The notes below the pieces were generated by a model. The model was given only the letters and a program-made list of their open reading frames with translations, had not been told where the DNA came from and made no database searches. From positions 2,418,001 to 2,482,000 of the forward strand of contig AP026164.1 of the NCBI GenBank assembly GCA_030295235.1: a DNA stretch of 64,000 nucleotides, read 5' to 3'. This document shows positions 1 through 11,738 of this stretch, in pieces. The stretch's first letter is position 1. Each line of letters begins with the position of its first letter. Position numbers and translations under genes: made by a program. Source of the stretch: Fistulifera solaris (lineage: Eukaryota).

Positions 1-1069
1 CGACCGGCTTTTCTTCGGAATTGAGAAACTCTATTTCACCATTATTGGTTTCATCCTGCTTGAAAGAGTTGGACAGAATCCTTCAAGAAGAGAATGGTGG
101 CGACCATTATTTGGAGCACTTGGTGACGCTGGGTTACTGGTCGTGTCGGCATTGTGAAAGTAACAAGCAAACGTGGATGAATACGTCCATTGCGGACGGA
201 GAAGAAACAAAAGCGAAAACTCTGGCACCATTGTTGGTCGCTATGCTCCGCAAACCAAATGTTTCGAAACAACTCATTCGCGGCAGTGGGGAATTGGATC
301 ATTTTACTCTGTACCTTTGATGAATTCCGCTCGTCGTCGTCCGATAGACCCGCCGTACAAGCATCGCATCAAAATGTGGGTCGATTGGCGGAACACGGGG
401 CCATTGTTGCATTGTACCAACATATCTCCCCCGGCAACGCTGCTATTTTGTTCTCGGCACTCCAGCGCCATGGCCATTCAAGATGATACGGTGCAAACCA
501 TGGTCGCCATGGGCATTGTGGCATCGGCAGTGGAAGCCTGGAGGCAATGTACCGATGACACGGCCTTGGCGACAGCGTTGATGGGCCTTTTCCGAACTTA
601 TGTGCCAATGATGATTTGAAAACATCGCTGTGTCGCGGAACCGACTGGTCGATTGTGAATGGTCCTCTGCCGTCTTCTCTGCGACGGCAATCGGCACTGT
701 TGGCGGAGCACATTTGTGGGACGGTAGCTGCCATGACTTTCGCGACAACCGGAGAATGGGCATCATTTAGTAAAGGCCGAATGGCATAAAAGTGTTGTAG
801 AAGCTATGGAACATTACAAAGAACGAGGGTCCTTGCAACGTCAGGGAGCATTGGCGATTCGGAATTTAGTGAGTCGATCCAAAGAATTGCAAGTACACAT
901 TTTACAAGCAGGGGCAGAAGCCGTGTTGTACAAGGCGGCGGCCAATCACGTGAATTGTCAAGACGAAATTTATGCAGCATTACGGGATTTAGACTTGGTC
1001 CAGCCGGGCAGCATGCGAAATAATGGCAGTAGTGGAAGGAAAGGTAGTGGCTCAAGAGAACACCCAGTT
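1..1069 (+). CDS. ARMC6-like armadillo-repeat protein; 5' end outside the window, frameshifted, interrupted by the LTR element (displaced last codons at 8182-8235)
   Basis: Fragments in several frames, including QRQGALAIRNLVSR...QDEIYAALRDL, which resembles the ARMC6 C-terminus. Removing the element rejoins ENTQ to LVFGERNPNFRPVFDH*. Confidence 0.7.
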
Positions 1070-1525
1070 TCTCACGTATCGACGGACAGAAACAGAAATT
1101 CTGTCAACCAAGTCGCTACGTTTAGCAACAACAGAAGAGGAAGTATCTGGTAGAGCTAAGACGATAAACAGTCAAAGTTTTTCCAAACAACAATATTATG
1201 AAGCCTTTACAAATCCGACAAATGAACAAGGTGGAATCTCACTGGGTGATGGTTCCGCCGAGAATGTCACTCTGCCATCGGACTAGGTCTTGTTTTATCT
1301 TGAAATTCTGAGCTCACGTATGTGGCTCTAACATTCTTGTATCGCGTTGCTTGCAAACCTTTCACGCCTTCACGATCAACCCAAATCGTTGCAAAGACCC
1401 TTGGGCCTCGCCCCAAGAGGTTACATTCGGATGCTTCCGATTTGGGGATCGGAATTAGCATTAGGTCGTGCGGCCATATTGGCTGAGTCCCTAGTAGTCT
1501 GCCCGCTATCCGCATTTCCGTGACA
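1070..1525 (-). repeat. 3' LTR
   Basis: Near-identical to 7726-8181 (about 2 substitutions and 4 small indels by eye). Element-strand ends are TGTCACG...CGTGAGA. Confidence 0.97.
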
Positions 1526-1534
1526 CTCCCTCTC
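1526..1534 (-). other. Polypurine tract
   Basis: GAGAGGGAG immediately upstream of the 3' LTR on the element strand. Confidence 0.85.
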
Positions 1535-1553
1535 AGACGAAGAGGGATCACTT

Positions 1554-4500
1554 TCAACCCAACCCATTAACTTGTCTCCGAAGATAGGTAAACGTTTCCC
1601 TAGGCAATCCTTTCGTCATGATATCCGCGAAGCTGTTCTTTAGTGTCAATCTTGTTGATTTTCAATTCACCACTTTGAACATGTTGTCGGAAGAAATGAT
1701 ATTCGTGCCATAGTGCTTCGAGCGAGGGGTCATCCAGCGGAATTGTAGCAAGAGTGAGCTCCATTGTTGTCTTCAAATACATCCGAATGGGCAATGCTCT
1801 CGACTTGGTCTTCTCCAGTAATAGCCTTAGCAACAGCAGTAACAAGTCTTCGCATCGGCAAAACATCGCGCATGGCGGTACTCAATGCGACATATTCACT
1901 CTCCATCGTACTTAGAGAGATTTCAGACTGTAGCTTCGATACCCAAAGTAGGGGGCAATTGCCGAGCGTCAAAATATAACCAGTACGCGACTTCACACTT
2001 ATCGGATCTTCAGGATCTTCCGCACCCCACAATCCGGCAAAGTCGGCATCAACAAAACAATCAATTTTCAACTCTTTCGTCGGACACATCACCAAACCAC
2101 GATCGGCCGTTCCTTTTAAATAACGCACTATTCTCTTGATCGCTTTAGCATGACTTTGCCGTGGGCGAATGAGTGAAGCGAGCGCACTGGTGGACAGCAA
2201 ATGCAATATCCGGTCGAGAGTTTGACGACAAGTAGAGCAACATTCCGACAACCGAAGCATAATTCCAAGACTCGGCAAACGCAGCACCAGCCAAATCTTT
2301 TCCCAATGGCTTGTTTTCAGCAGGCGTGTCGCAAGAATTACAATCAGCCATGTCGGTGGCTTCGATGACGCGTTTAATGAGACCTTTCTGGGTCAACTCG
2401 ATAGTATCTCCACGACGGGTAAACTGAATTCCCAAGAACGCCGGAAACATCTTTCGACTCCACAGTTAAAGTTAAAACCTTGTCAATAGTGTCAATCATG
2501 TCATCCATGCACTTTTCATCGAGACTGAACCAAAGGCAATCATCGACATAAGTCAAACAAATAATTTTCTGCACGAACAGGCAAGCATCGATGTCGACCA
2601 ACTGTTTGAAACCATGCTTCTCCAAAGTGTCCTTCAACAAGTTGAAGAATCGGAGTGGACTGTCGGACTTTCCGTAAAGCGTCTTCTGGAGCATCAAAAC
2701 AGTGTCTTCGCCATCGTCGTGAAATCCTTGAGGCATCTCAATGTAGCACTCTTCAGTAGGTGGCAAAGGGGCTTGAGCAAACGCATTGACATAATCAACT
2801 TGGCGGGTATGCATTCCGTGGACGATGGACATAATTAACAGCAACCGAACTGTGGACCACTGTACGACAGGAGAGTAGGACTCGAAGTAGTCTACTCCTT
2901 TTATCTCCATGTCGCCACGAACACAAAACCTCGCCTTGTACTTCGTGGGTGTCCCATCCGGTGAACGTTTAAGCCGAAACGCCCAAGTGGATTTTATCAC
3001 GCGCTTATTCGCAGGTACTGAAGCTCGCGGAATTTTCTTCCACGTCCCCATCATCTCCAACATTCGAATTTCTTTCACCATCGCCTCTTGCCATTCTCGA
3101 TATTCGGCAGACGACATTGCTTGATGATACATTGGATAGTCGGGATCGGAACCTTTCTTTGGCTTCTTTGCACGCTGCATAGCGCAAAAGCAACAGGGTC
3201 AGCGCAAATCAAACTCGCCGATCTCCGAATCCCAACAAGCAACAAGGCCGGAATGAATCGACGCAATAAAAGAGAAAGTTTCGCGAGGAATCGGCGCAAG
3301 AACAACCGAAGCAACGTTTGTAATAAATTCATTGAATCTCTTTGGAGCACGTCTCTCGCGAGTGGATCGGCGAGGTTCGGCAGGAACAGCTGGTGTCTTC
3401 TTCCGCGGCGAACTTGATGGAGGCTTGGCATCCACAGCAACCTTTGGAGCAGGAATCGGCTCAACCGGCTTTGAAATAGGCTCAGATAATTTAACAGGAG
3501 TAGTAACTGTCTTTTGTTCTGGCTCCCTCTGCAATGTAGGCTCGTTTTGAACTCTTTTCAGTTGTAGGCTCGGCATCGGTTCGTAATCGCTGGTGCACTT
3601 TGTCGAAATCAACTGGAGGGCTAGCAGTGTCTTGGACGCTTCGAATTTTGCGAGATCGCTCTTGAATTCGAACATGCAACTCATCTTGACTCAACCATTC
3701 ATCATCCAAGTCGATCGGATCATCCTCATCGAAAAATACCTGAAAGCGAGATGATGCGAAGATGTCGGCCCAAGTCTCCGGATCGACAGAATCATCCTCA
3801 TTAACGACATTCAAACAGTGGCAAACCAATCATCAACAACAACATGGAACTGCGCGGAAATCCGGTTTGTTTCTAGGTTCAGAACGACAGGAACATTCGA
3901 TGCATGCCGCTTTGACAAACCCAAGAAAACGCCGCGTCTCGAGCGAGGTTCAAATTTTGGAATCTTGTGCCCATCTTGCAATTGAGGGTTCAAAATATAC
4001 GCGGGTGATCCCCATACATGCATATCAGCAAACACTTTTCGATCGGTCGTTGTTCTGAAGATCATATCAGCCGGAGATGAATTATTTTCGCCGGGTCCGT
4101 AGTTGAAATTTTGAACGACATAATCGATCGCCTGAGGCCACAAATCCGAAGAAATCGCTTTCGGCCAACGCAGTTTAGCATGTAGCATCGTGGTGCGTGC
4201 AAGAGATATAATACTTCCGATCGCGCGCTCAGCAACAGCATTTTGGTGGTGAGCACCAGGTCCACTGAGAGTCATCGACTGGTAGTTCGTATCAATTTGC
4301 TTTGTGAACTCCTGCGCCGTAAACGTGCCATTGTCGGTATGATATTGGACCACCGTGATGCCGTGATTAGCCATTGCACTTTCGAACTCCAACTTGGCGC
4401 GCAAAGCCTCGCCAGCAGTAAAATTCAAAACGTGAACGACGTACACGAATCCACTTGCATGATCGACAAAAATCACACCGCCTTTGAACTTCTCATCATC

Positions 4501-6105
4501 TTTGGTACCACCGAAACCAGAGTAGAGACGTCCCCTCGTTGAAACAGAGAAGTGATCCATTGAAACCTTCTGGCCCGGAATTAAAATATCCTTCGAGAGA
4601 ACTTTGGATTGGCGATCGACGGTCAATTTTGCTCCAGTCGACTTGCGCTTTCCTTTTCCATACATGCAAGCAGCGCACTTGGGAATATCACAACGCGCCG
4701 CCGCTTTGACTTCAGCAGACTTTCCGAGAGCGCCGGTTTTGAGCAAGGCTTGAATATTTTTCATGCTTCGGTGAACAAATCGGAAATGTAAGCGAAGAAG
4801 AAATTTCTGTGCTTCACTCAAGTTTTGATTCTCAGCCGCGGTCACACAGTTTCGAATCTTTGCAGCATTGAGAGCAACAGATTGTTTTCGGAACATCTCC
4901 AGAGTAGGCAAGTTGTTTTCCGGAGAGTAAACAATATCAAGAAAGTGGCCGTCCAACAGATCGACATGAATGAGGCTCGAGTCGCCTGAAAAACGCGGTT
5001 CGTCGTTACGTTGCGCCTTCACCAATTGACAGTAGGACTGTGGGCTGAAGAGTCGGACATTGGCATCGGGCACATGTAGCCCAGGGATCCGAAAAGTAAA
5101 GCCCTTGCCGTTGGACAGAGTAACAGTCCACTCAAGAGTGCCCGTGCCGGCAATCGAAGAACCTGCAGCAAAGCCAGACAAAACTTTATCGCCAGTAGTC
5201 GGAGTGTAGGACGTGAAGTCAGCACGGTCGAAAGTAACAGCAACTGTGGCTCCAGTATCCCAAATAACCGGAAACAGATCCGCCATGGTAGGCTTTCCAG
5301 CGACATGCACTTGATGCAAAGCAGGGAGGGCATAAATAGACGGGGGCAGCTTCGCGTACGGTGCAAAGTAGGCTTTAGAGTTGTCTACACTATTATCTCC
5401 CTCTCGAAGCAACATCGTCTCACTTTCACTAGCAGCTCCCTCTGGAAAGAAATGCCCAGTGGGATAGCAAAACAGAAGAGAGTCGTCCAGTAGGTTCCAA
5501 GGCTTAGGATGCCCGTTCGGCGGACACGATAAATCTAAAGACTCGGTACACAAATGGCCATTGCTGTCAATCATATCCGGAAGCTCCAAGGCCCAACGAG
5601 GAATCGCTTCGAAGTCTTCGACGACGTTTGCTCCTCTCGCAGTTTCGACAAAACGATTTTGCTTGCGACGCCGAAAAACACCATCCTCACCATGCTGACA
5701 AGACGAATCGTTTGAAGATGAAGAAGGATCAGGAGGTCGGCGCAAACGTCGGCTGCGATCACTTGGATGAAACTGGTAGCAGCCATGCCAGGCGGGCACC
5801 AAGTTGACTCCATAAACAACACCGGGGGCGCCGAGCGTAAGCGTCACTCGCCACATGCTCGTCATGATCGAAGAAAGCACCATGAAACGACACGGGAGAG
5901 AGATGAGACGCTCGGGCAAAGGCGTGAATCGCGGCCGAAGACCAAGAGAGCGACGATGAGCGGCACTTTGGGCACGCAACCACTTCGAGATGGTCGCAGC
6001 AACACGGAAATGACGCCACCAAGAAAAGCACTCCACAATCAACCAGCAAAGAATAAAATGCTTCGGCAAAAGCTCCAACAATAAACGACCGATAAATATG
6101 GACAA
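1554..6105 (-). CDS. pol: Pol polyprotein (PR, IN, RT, RNase H) with multiple frameshifts; ends approximate
   Basis: VIWDTGAT protease; HFRFVH...CAAC zinc finger; D..HTDNG..AVAERAI integrase; KYKARFCVRG and YVDD RT; FVDADFAG and EDNNGA RNase H. Spread over ORFs 3811-6105, 3491-3829, 3199-3684, 2374-3180, 2145-2450, 1730-2287 and 1600-1866. Confidence 0.93.
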
Positions 6106-6155
6106 AAGGCTCAGGAAGGGACCTCGATCGAAGGTTCACCTTCCCTGCCGATTTC

Positions 6156-7626
6156 CTATTCGGAATCGCTGTCGGAACCCCAACAGAACTGCAAGGGTGC
6201 CGTCCAAGCTTGAGCAACATTAGCGGCAGGAGCGGCGGGCTTGGCATCAGCGGGCTTCTCTTCTTTGCTCTTGTGCTCGCCGGTTCCATGAGTCTGGTTC
6301 CAACGCTTGCACTTGGCTAGCAATAATAGAAAGTCTTGCCGTACTTGGTCATGGTGGTGGGCTCGCCGTCCTTCGGCGATGCGAGTCCAACGAGTTTCGG
6401 TCGAACCACTGCTTTTCTTTTCGCCATCACCACCGCTAGCCTTCGGAGCAGCCTTGTCTTTGTTCGCCTTCTTGTCTTTGGTCTTCGAGGAGGCAGTTTT
6501 AGTGCCGTTCGACTCGAATTTCGACTTGAGGGTCTTGAACTTCGGCTTTGAGACTCTTGATAGCCGCAGTATTAGCACTAACATCAGTAGCAACTCCTTT
6601 AGCCGGTCCCCAATCGTCCTTAAGGGTGCTGTAGAAATCTTTAGCTTCATGGAGAATGCGGCGATAGTTTGTATAACCGCTCATCCTTTCAGCAACTTCC
6701 TTCGACTTTCCGGCAGAGAGACGCACAAAGTCGGAGAGAGATGCCAACCGTGTGCCAGTGAACACGGAACGCTTCGACCGAACATTTGCACAGCTGCTGC
6801 TGCAAAATAATCAAGTGGTCGCGAGGGAGCTGGTCATTAGCTTCCAACTCCTGCAAAGTCTCCATCTGCGCATTCGCCCAAGCAGCAACATTCTCACCGG
6901 GAGTTTCAACCAACGTGCGCTTCGTGAACTCCTCTCCGAGCTCTGAGACACGGCCGAAATGCGTTGGGAAGAACTTCTTCGGTGATTTTCATCCAAACCA
7001 AAGGGCCAAAGCGCATGGCCGGAACTCAAGGAAGTACGAATCGTGCGCTGGAAGGAGCGCTCCAACGAGTTGAGCAGAAAAGCAGCCGAATCGCTAAGCG
7101 AGTTGATCATGTACTGATCAAAGACACCGGACTTGATCATGTCTTCAAGATGCTTCGCGACTTCGTCGAAAGTGAACTTGCCATGGTACACGAAGAGATC
7201 GATGACACGACTGAGATCAGCAGGATCATTCATGTAGAACGGCGTATCGAGACCATGCGTAATACAATGGTTGAACGCTTCATCCGCGAGCTCAACAAGG
7301 CGGTAGTCATTCGCAGTAGGACTGAACTTGGGGTCGAGACCGGCGATGCGATCCTTAAAACTTTTCTCAGCGCGATAAGGATTCGGATCTCGGAAGCAGT
7401 AGGGCGTCGCAGGCACAAGGTTAACACTGCGAGTAAAGTTTGCATCCGGAGGACCACCAATAGCTGGGATAGAACCTTGAACAAGGCCGAACTTTGGCGC
7501 GAGAACGGGCTCGGAAAAAGTGGCCTGAACATCCTTTTCGACTTTTGCGCTCGGTGAAACTGCGAGTCGAGTACCGACGGTCACCGGAGGAGGTTTCCTG
7601 TCATCAGTTTCGCTATCGGAAGACAT
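6156..7626 (-). CDS. gag: Gag (frameshifted)
   Basis: First ORF after the PBS (ATG 7626). Contains GLDTPFY, FLLNSL and PGENV blocks, a reconstructed YC-AKC-KRWNQTH-GTGEH knuckle, and an acidic end SDSDSE*. Confidence 0.85.
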
Positions 7627-7711
7627 ATCGCGAATAACGAAAGACGACAAAAGGGAGTAAGTAGGGCACGTGTATCAAACAACTGCAAAGACTGTACCAG
7701 ATAGTGTGAAT

Positions 7712-7725
7712 CTGGGCTCATAACC
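7712..7725 (-). other. Primer-binding site complementary to the anticodon arm of tRNAiMet (half-tRNA priming)
   Basis: GGTTATGAGCCCAG directly abuts the 5' LTR. The + strand reads CTGGGCTCATAACC, matching the initiator tRNA anticodon stem-loop. Confidence 0.9.
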
Positions 7726-8181
7726 TCTCACGTATCGACGGACAGAAACAGAAATTCTGTCAACCAAGTCGCTACGTTTCGCAACAACAGAAGAGGAAGT
7801 ATCTGGTAGAGCTAAGACGATAAACAGTCAAAGTTTTTCCAAACAACAATATTATGAAGCCTTTACAAATCCGACAAATGAACAAGGTGGAATCTCACTG
7901 GGTGATGGTTCCGCCCGAGAATGTCACTGCCATCGGACTAGGTCTTGTTTTATCTTGAAATTCTGAGCTCACGTATGTGGCTCTAACATTCTTGTATCGC
8001 GTTGCTTGCAAACCTTTCACGCCTTCACGATCAACCCAAATCGTTGCAAAGACCCTTGGGCCTCGCCCCAAGAGGTTACATTCGGATGCTTCCGATTTGG
8101 GGATCGAATTCGCATTAGGTCGTATGCGGCCATATTGGCTGAGTCCCTAGTAGTCTGCCCGCTATCCGCATTTCCGTGACA
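7726..8181 (-). repeat. 5' LTR
   Basis: Copy of 1070-1525, followed by the PBS on the element strand. Confidence 0.97.
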
Positions 8182-8320
8182 CAGTTGGTATTTGGAGAGC
8201 GGAATCCCAATTTTCGGCCGGTATTTGATCATTAAAAATTAACCGATGTCTTTATAATCAAGTTGAAAATATGGTAACGATATGCTAGGACCACAGGACG
8301 TAAACTCGTCGCGGACGTTA

Positions 8321-11300
8321 CTAGTCGGACTCAGTTGAAACAGGTTCGCACAGCCAATCGATGAGTTCGGCACCCGACATTTGGCGTAGATCACCTTTGC
8401 CCCAAGATCCAGGCCTTCCCGAGGCTGCGTCCGCAATTTTGGAATAGGGCGACAGCGAATTCCCGGCGAATCGCGGTGATAATAACCTCCTCGGAGAACG
8501 TGCAGCGACGTCGTAAAATGTCTCAAAAGGGTCTTCGATTGTAAGTGCGGCTGTAGTTTCTCCATCCGTCAAATTCAGCTTTAACTTCACGTTCGACAAC
8601 ACCAAGGGATGCAGTTGAATGTAAACTGACAACATGCCGTTTATAGTTGAACTCGTAAGCAAAATAACGAAAGAAAGAAGCCAAAAGAATGCCGAGGGAA
8701 AGGTCTTGACCTGAAAACTGTACCTGGAGGTATGCCCTCTGTTCCTGAGTTACTGGTCGACTGAAGTATGTATTGACCACCTTGTCCTCCACCAATGGGT
8801 GTTTAATAATGTTTAGGTGGAAGAGTAGGAACTTCGGTATAAGGTGTACCAGGAGGAGATCCAGGCCATCGAGGGTCCATCCAATGAAAATTTGGGAGAA
8901 GAGGAGTAGGACCAGGCTCCTGCTGACGTCGGATATCAGCATTTCCATCCACTGGAGCCACGGGAGAAACTAAACCGTTCCCTGTTCGTTTGTGATAGGT
9001 CAAAAAATGAAGAAGCATGATAATGTATCCGTAACTGCTCAATGTGTGTTTCGCTGGGTTGTTAATGTCGCGAGCTTTGGCCCATCGCTTGATGATGGCA
9101 GCAAGTACACGGGTAATTGGAGTAATCTCTGCATAGCAGCGAAGATACGATGTATTGAGAACTGCCAATGGATTTTGCATTGACAAGTCACAGTCAATTA
9201 GATCGTCTACATCGCCCGTCAACGGATTGGGACATTGAAACATGAGGATAGGTATCCGTGCTGTTAAGCGACATGTGTCCACCCCTTTCATACCGGATTC
9301 TTCCAGTTTCGTCGCAAGCTTCGCCATCGCTTCGGCACCAGAAATGTCGCCTTCGTTTAACGTACTGCCCTCTGGTAGCTGCAGACACATATCGATGTCT
9401 GACTTAGGAGAACCAAAGCCGTTAGCTGAGGAACCAAAAATAACAACTTTGGAGTTTACAGGGAATGCGCCGCTCTCAAAAACAAGTTGTTCCACACGCA
9501 ACCTTATAAGCTCTCTTTTCCGAACAATCGAATCCTCGTCCGTAAATAGCTCGTGGTAATAACTTCCCATTGCCGCCGATAGACCATTAAAGAGCGATAC
9601 TGCCCCGGGATCCATGGGACGCTGCTCCGGTGTACTCATATTGCGTGGAAAAAGGACGTCGTCCACGCCCATGGTATTCGGTGTAAAACTCAGTGTCCTC
9701 TGTTGCATCTTGATTCGTGCTTGTCGGTACGCTGCAAAGTCCTCCGCTGTAATAGGATTCGGTAAATCGCGCATGGCCTCGTACCACAGAGTACTGTTGT
9801 TCTCGGATCCTCCAGATCCTGGAATCGCAAATTCTTCCGACAAGGGACACCACAATTCATACTCAATTTGCATCTTAATCATGAGATCCCGACGCAACAA
9901 ATTGGGCATTGTTGGGTTGGTGACTACCGCTCTTAAAATGCTAGCAAACGCTAGTTGCGAATCTCTCCATTTGCGCTCACACGAAGCTTTCCCACTCATT
10001 AATGTTTTGGTTTTTTCACGAAGCTCGGTGGCCATTTCCGACTCAATCCCACCTCCATCGGTCGAGCGGATTTCGGAACCCATCGACAAAGCTTGGGATT
10101 TGCTATCCTGTTCGTCACCTTCATCCTCAACTTGTAGCTTGAGTTGTTCGACGGCAGTTTCGAGTTCGGACATTTTCTGATTCGTTTTCGCGTATTCACT
10201 AAAACACGCATCGATGACTTTCCGCGCTTCTTGAATACAACCCCACGTCGCCCGCGCCGACGAATCATTCGGCCGGAGTAAGGGCGTCTCCAACACTAAT
10301 GCCAAGGACAGCAGAGACGAAAGTGAAGTTGGATTACTCTTTTTCCCTTTAAAATTGCTCAAAATGAACCGAATCGTTGATTCGTAATCTTCTTCGCGGA
10401 CCCGCACGTGTAAACTGGGTCCCGTTGCCAAGGTATACAACGGCTCCTTCTCGTTGTACATGCGAAAGACAACATGTCCCGGAGTGCGTGGCGAATAAAA
10501 GGGCACGCGACCACATACCATATTCCCTTCCTTCCAATAATCGTACGATCGATGTTCATCCCCAAGCACCGCTTTCGAAATAATGGACGCTTGCGATCCA
10601 TTTTCGGTACATCCACGTCGGAATAAGCCAATGGTATATTTGTTCAAGGCCTGTTCGAGATTCTCGGACGATTGTTGCAGAAACGCCAGTGGCAACGACC
10701 AATGCGCCAACAATTCTTGCCGGGGCGCTAACGTTAGAACTATACTCGTATCGTGACCTGAAATCCCTTCGACGCGCAAAATTCCGGGTTGTTCTTCGAC
10801 GCGCGTCCACAATCGTTTGGGAGGAGGAACATCTTTTTTGGTGGTCGCCGGCGTCGGAGGGATACTGTTGTTGTTATTGTTGTTTTGTGGTGTCACCAGA
10901 AGAGTCGCGGACCGGGGAGGAGTCGATTGTAAAGAAGTGACATTAGGTGTGGACCAAGTGGGAGTGTTATTCTCCGAAAAAGGATTGGATGATGGTTGAA
11001 GATTATTGAATGGTGGTGTCCGTGGCGGTGTAGCAGCCGCAAGGGTGGAAGATGTTGTGGTAGCAGCACCAGGTGGTTCTGGAACCGTCGCGGCCACATT
11101 ATGAATGTGACTGTAAGGATGATTGGATGTCCACGGATTTTTCGATTCGGCAGGAGCGCTAGTAAAAGTGGCAGTAAGAGGAGAAGCTGTCGGTGGTACA
11201 GTTTCCTTTGAAGGTTCGGAGAGAAACGCCCTCGCTTGTTGCAAAAAGAGTTGTTCATCCTGATGGTGGTTTTGATACAGCTCATGTATCTGCAACGCTT

Positions 11301-11738
11301 GTGCATTTCCACTCTTGAGATGGGGCAAAAAAGCAATCAGAACCTCCTACACGCACGAAAGAGAGAGATTGAAAAAAGGACATGTGAGTGAACAATTTGT
11401 TGCAGAAGATTCCTAAACCTATTCGATCCCACACCCAGTCTTACTTCATCTTTCATTTGTGTAGTTGTTGTTGTTGGTGTTGCTGCTGCACCAGCATTTA
11501 AAGGAGCCGTATTATGGTGTCTATGACCTGTCGCAGGAGTTGTTCCATCGTCTTGTCGTCGGCGAGAAGCATTATTATTTTTTCTCCCTCGTCCGCTGTT
11601 GTTGTGATTATTCGTTCTTCCACCACGAGGTGCAGCCGAACTACTACTCGTGTTGTTATGATTCGAATCAGGTGACGCAGGATGGCGTCCTCCGCCGCGT
11701 CCTGGTCCACTTCGTCCTCCCCGTCGACGACCGGACAT
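8321..11738 (-). CDS. Cid1-family non-canonical nucleotidyltransferase (TUTase / poly(A) polymerase-like); intron 11347-11444; 3' frameshifts
   Basis: FGSSANGFGSPKSDIDMCL, ARIPIL, DCDLSMQN, TLSSYGYIIM, FFRYFA and TIEDPFE motifs. A GT..AG intron joins the RGG-rich exon 1 in frame. Confidence 0.9.

Larger units (their letters stand above)
1070..8181 (-). mobile_element. Full-length Ty1/copia LTR retrotransposon (CoDi-like)
   Basis: Two 456-bp direct LTRs, CAGTT TSD at 1065-1069 and 8182-8186, PBS, PPT, and gag then PR-IN-RT-RNaseH domain order. Confidence 0.97.

Noticed and set aside
1267..1557. ORF spanning the PPT and 3' LTR (env-like?)
   Set aside because: TTG start, no TM or recognisable motif, and the frame is not preserved in the other LTR.
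6964..7557. Long antisense ORFs (also 22230-22886, 23791-24429, 33087-33644, 40338-41048)
   Set aside because: Shadows of real genes on the opposite strand; no independent motifs.
7712..7725. tRNA-Met gene
   Set aside because: Only 14 nt match; no D or T arm or acceptor stem. It is the PBS.
8182..8321. Functional link between the nucleotidyltransferase gene and the adjacent retroelement
   Set aside because: The gene lies outside the TSD, has an intron, and the insertion is recent; adjacency looks coincidental.
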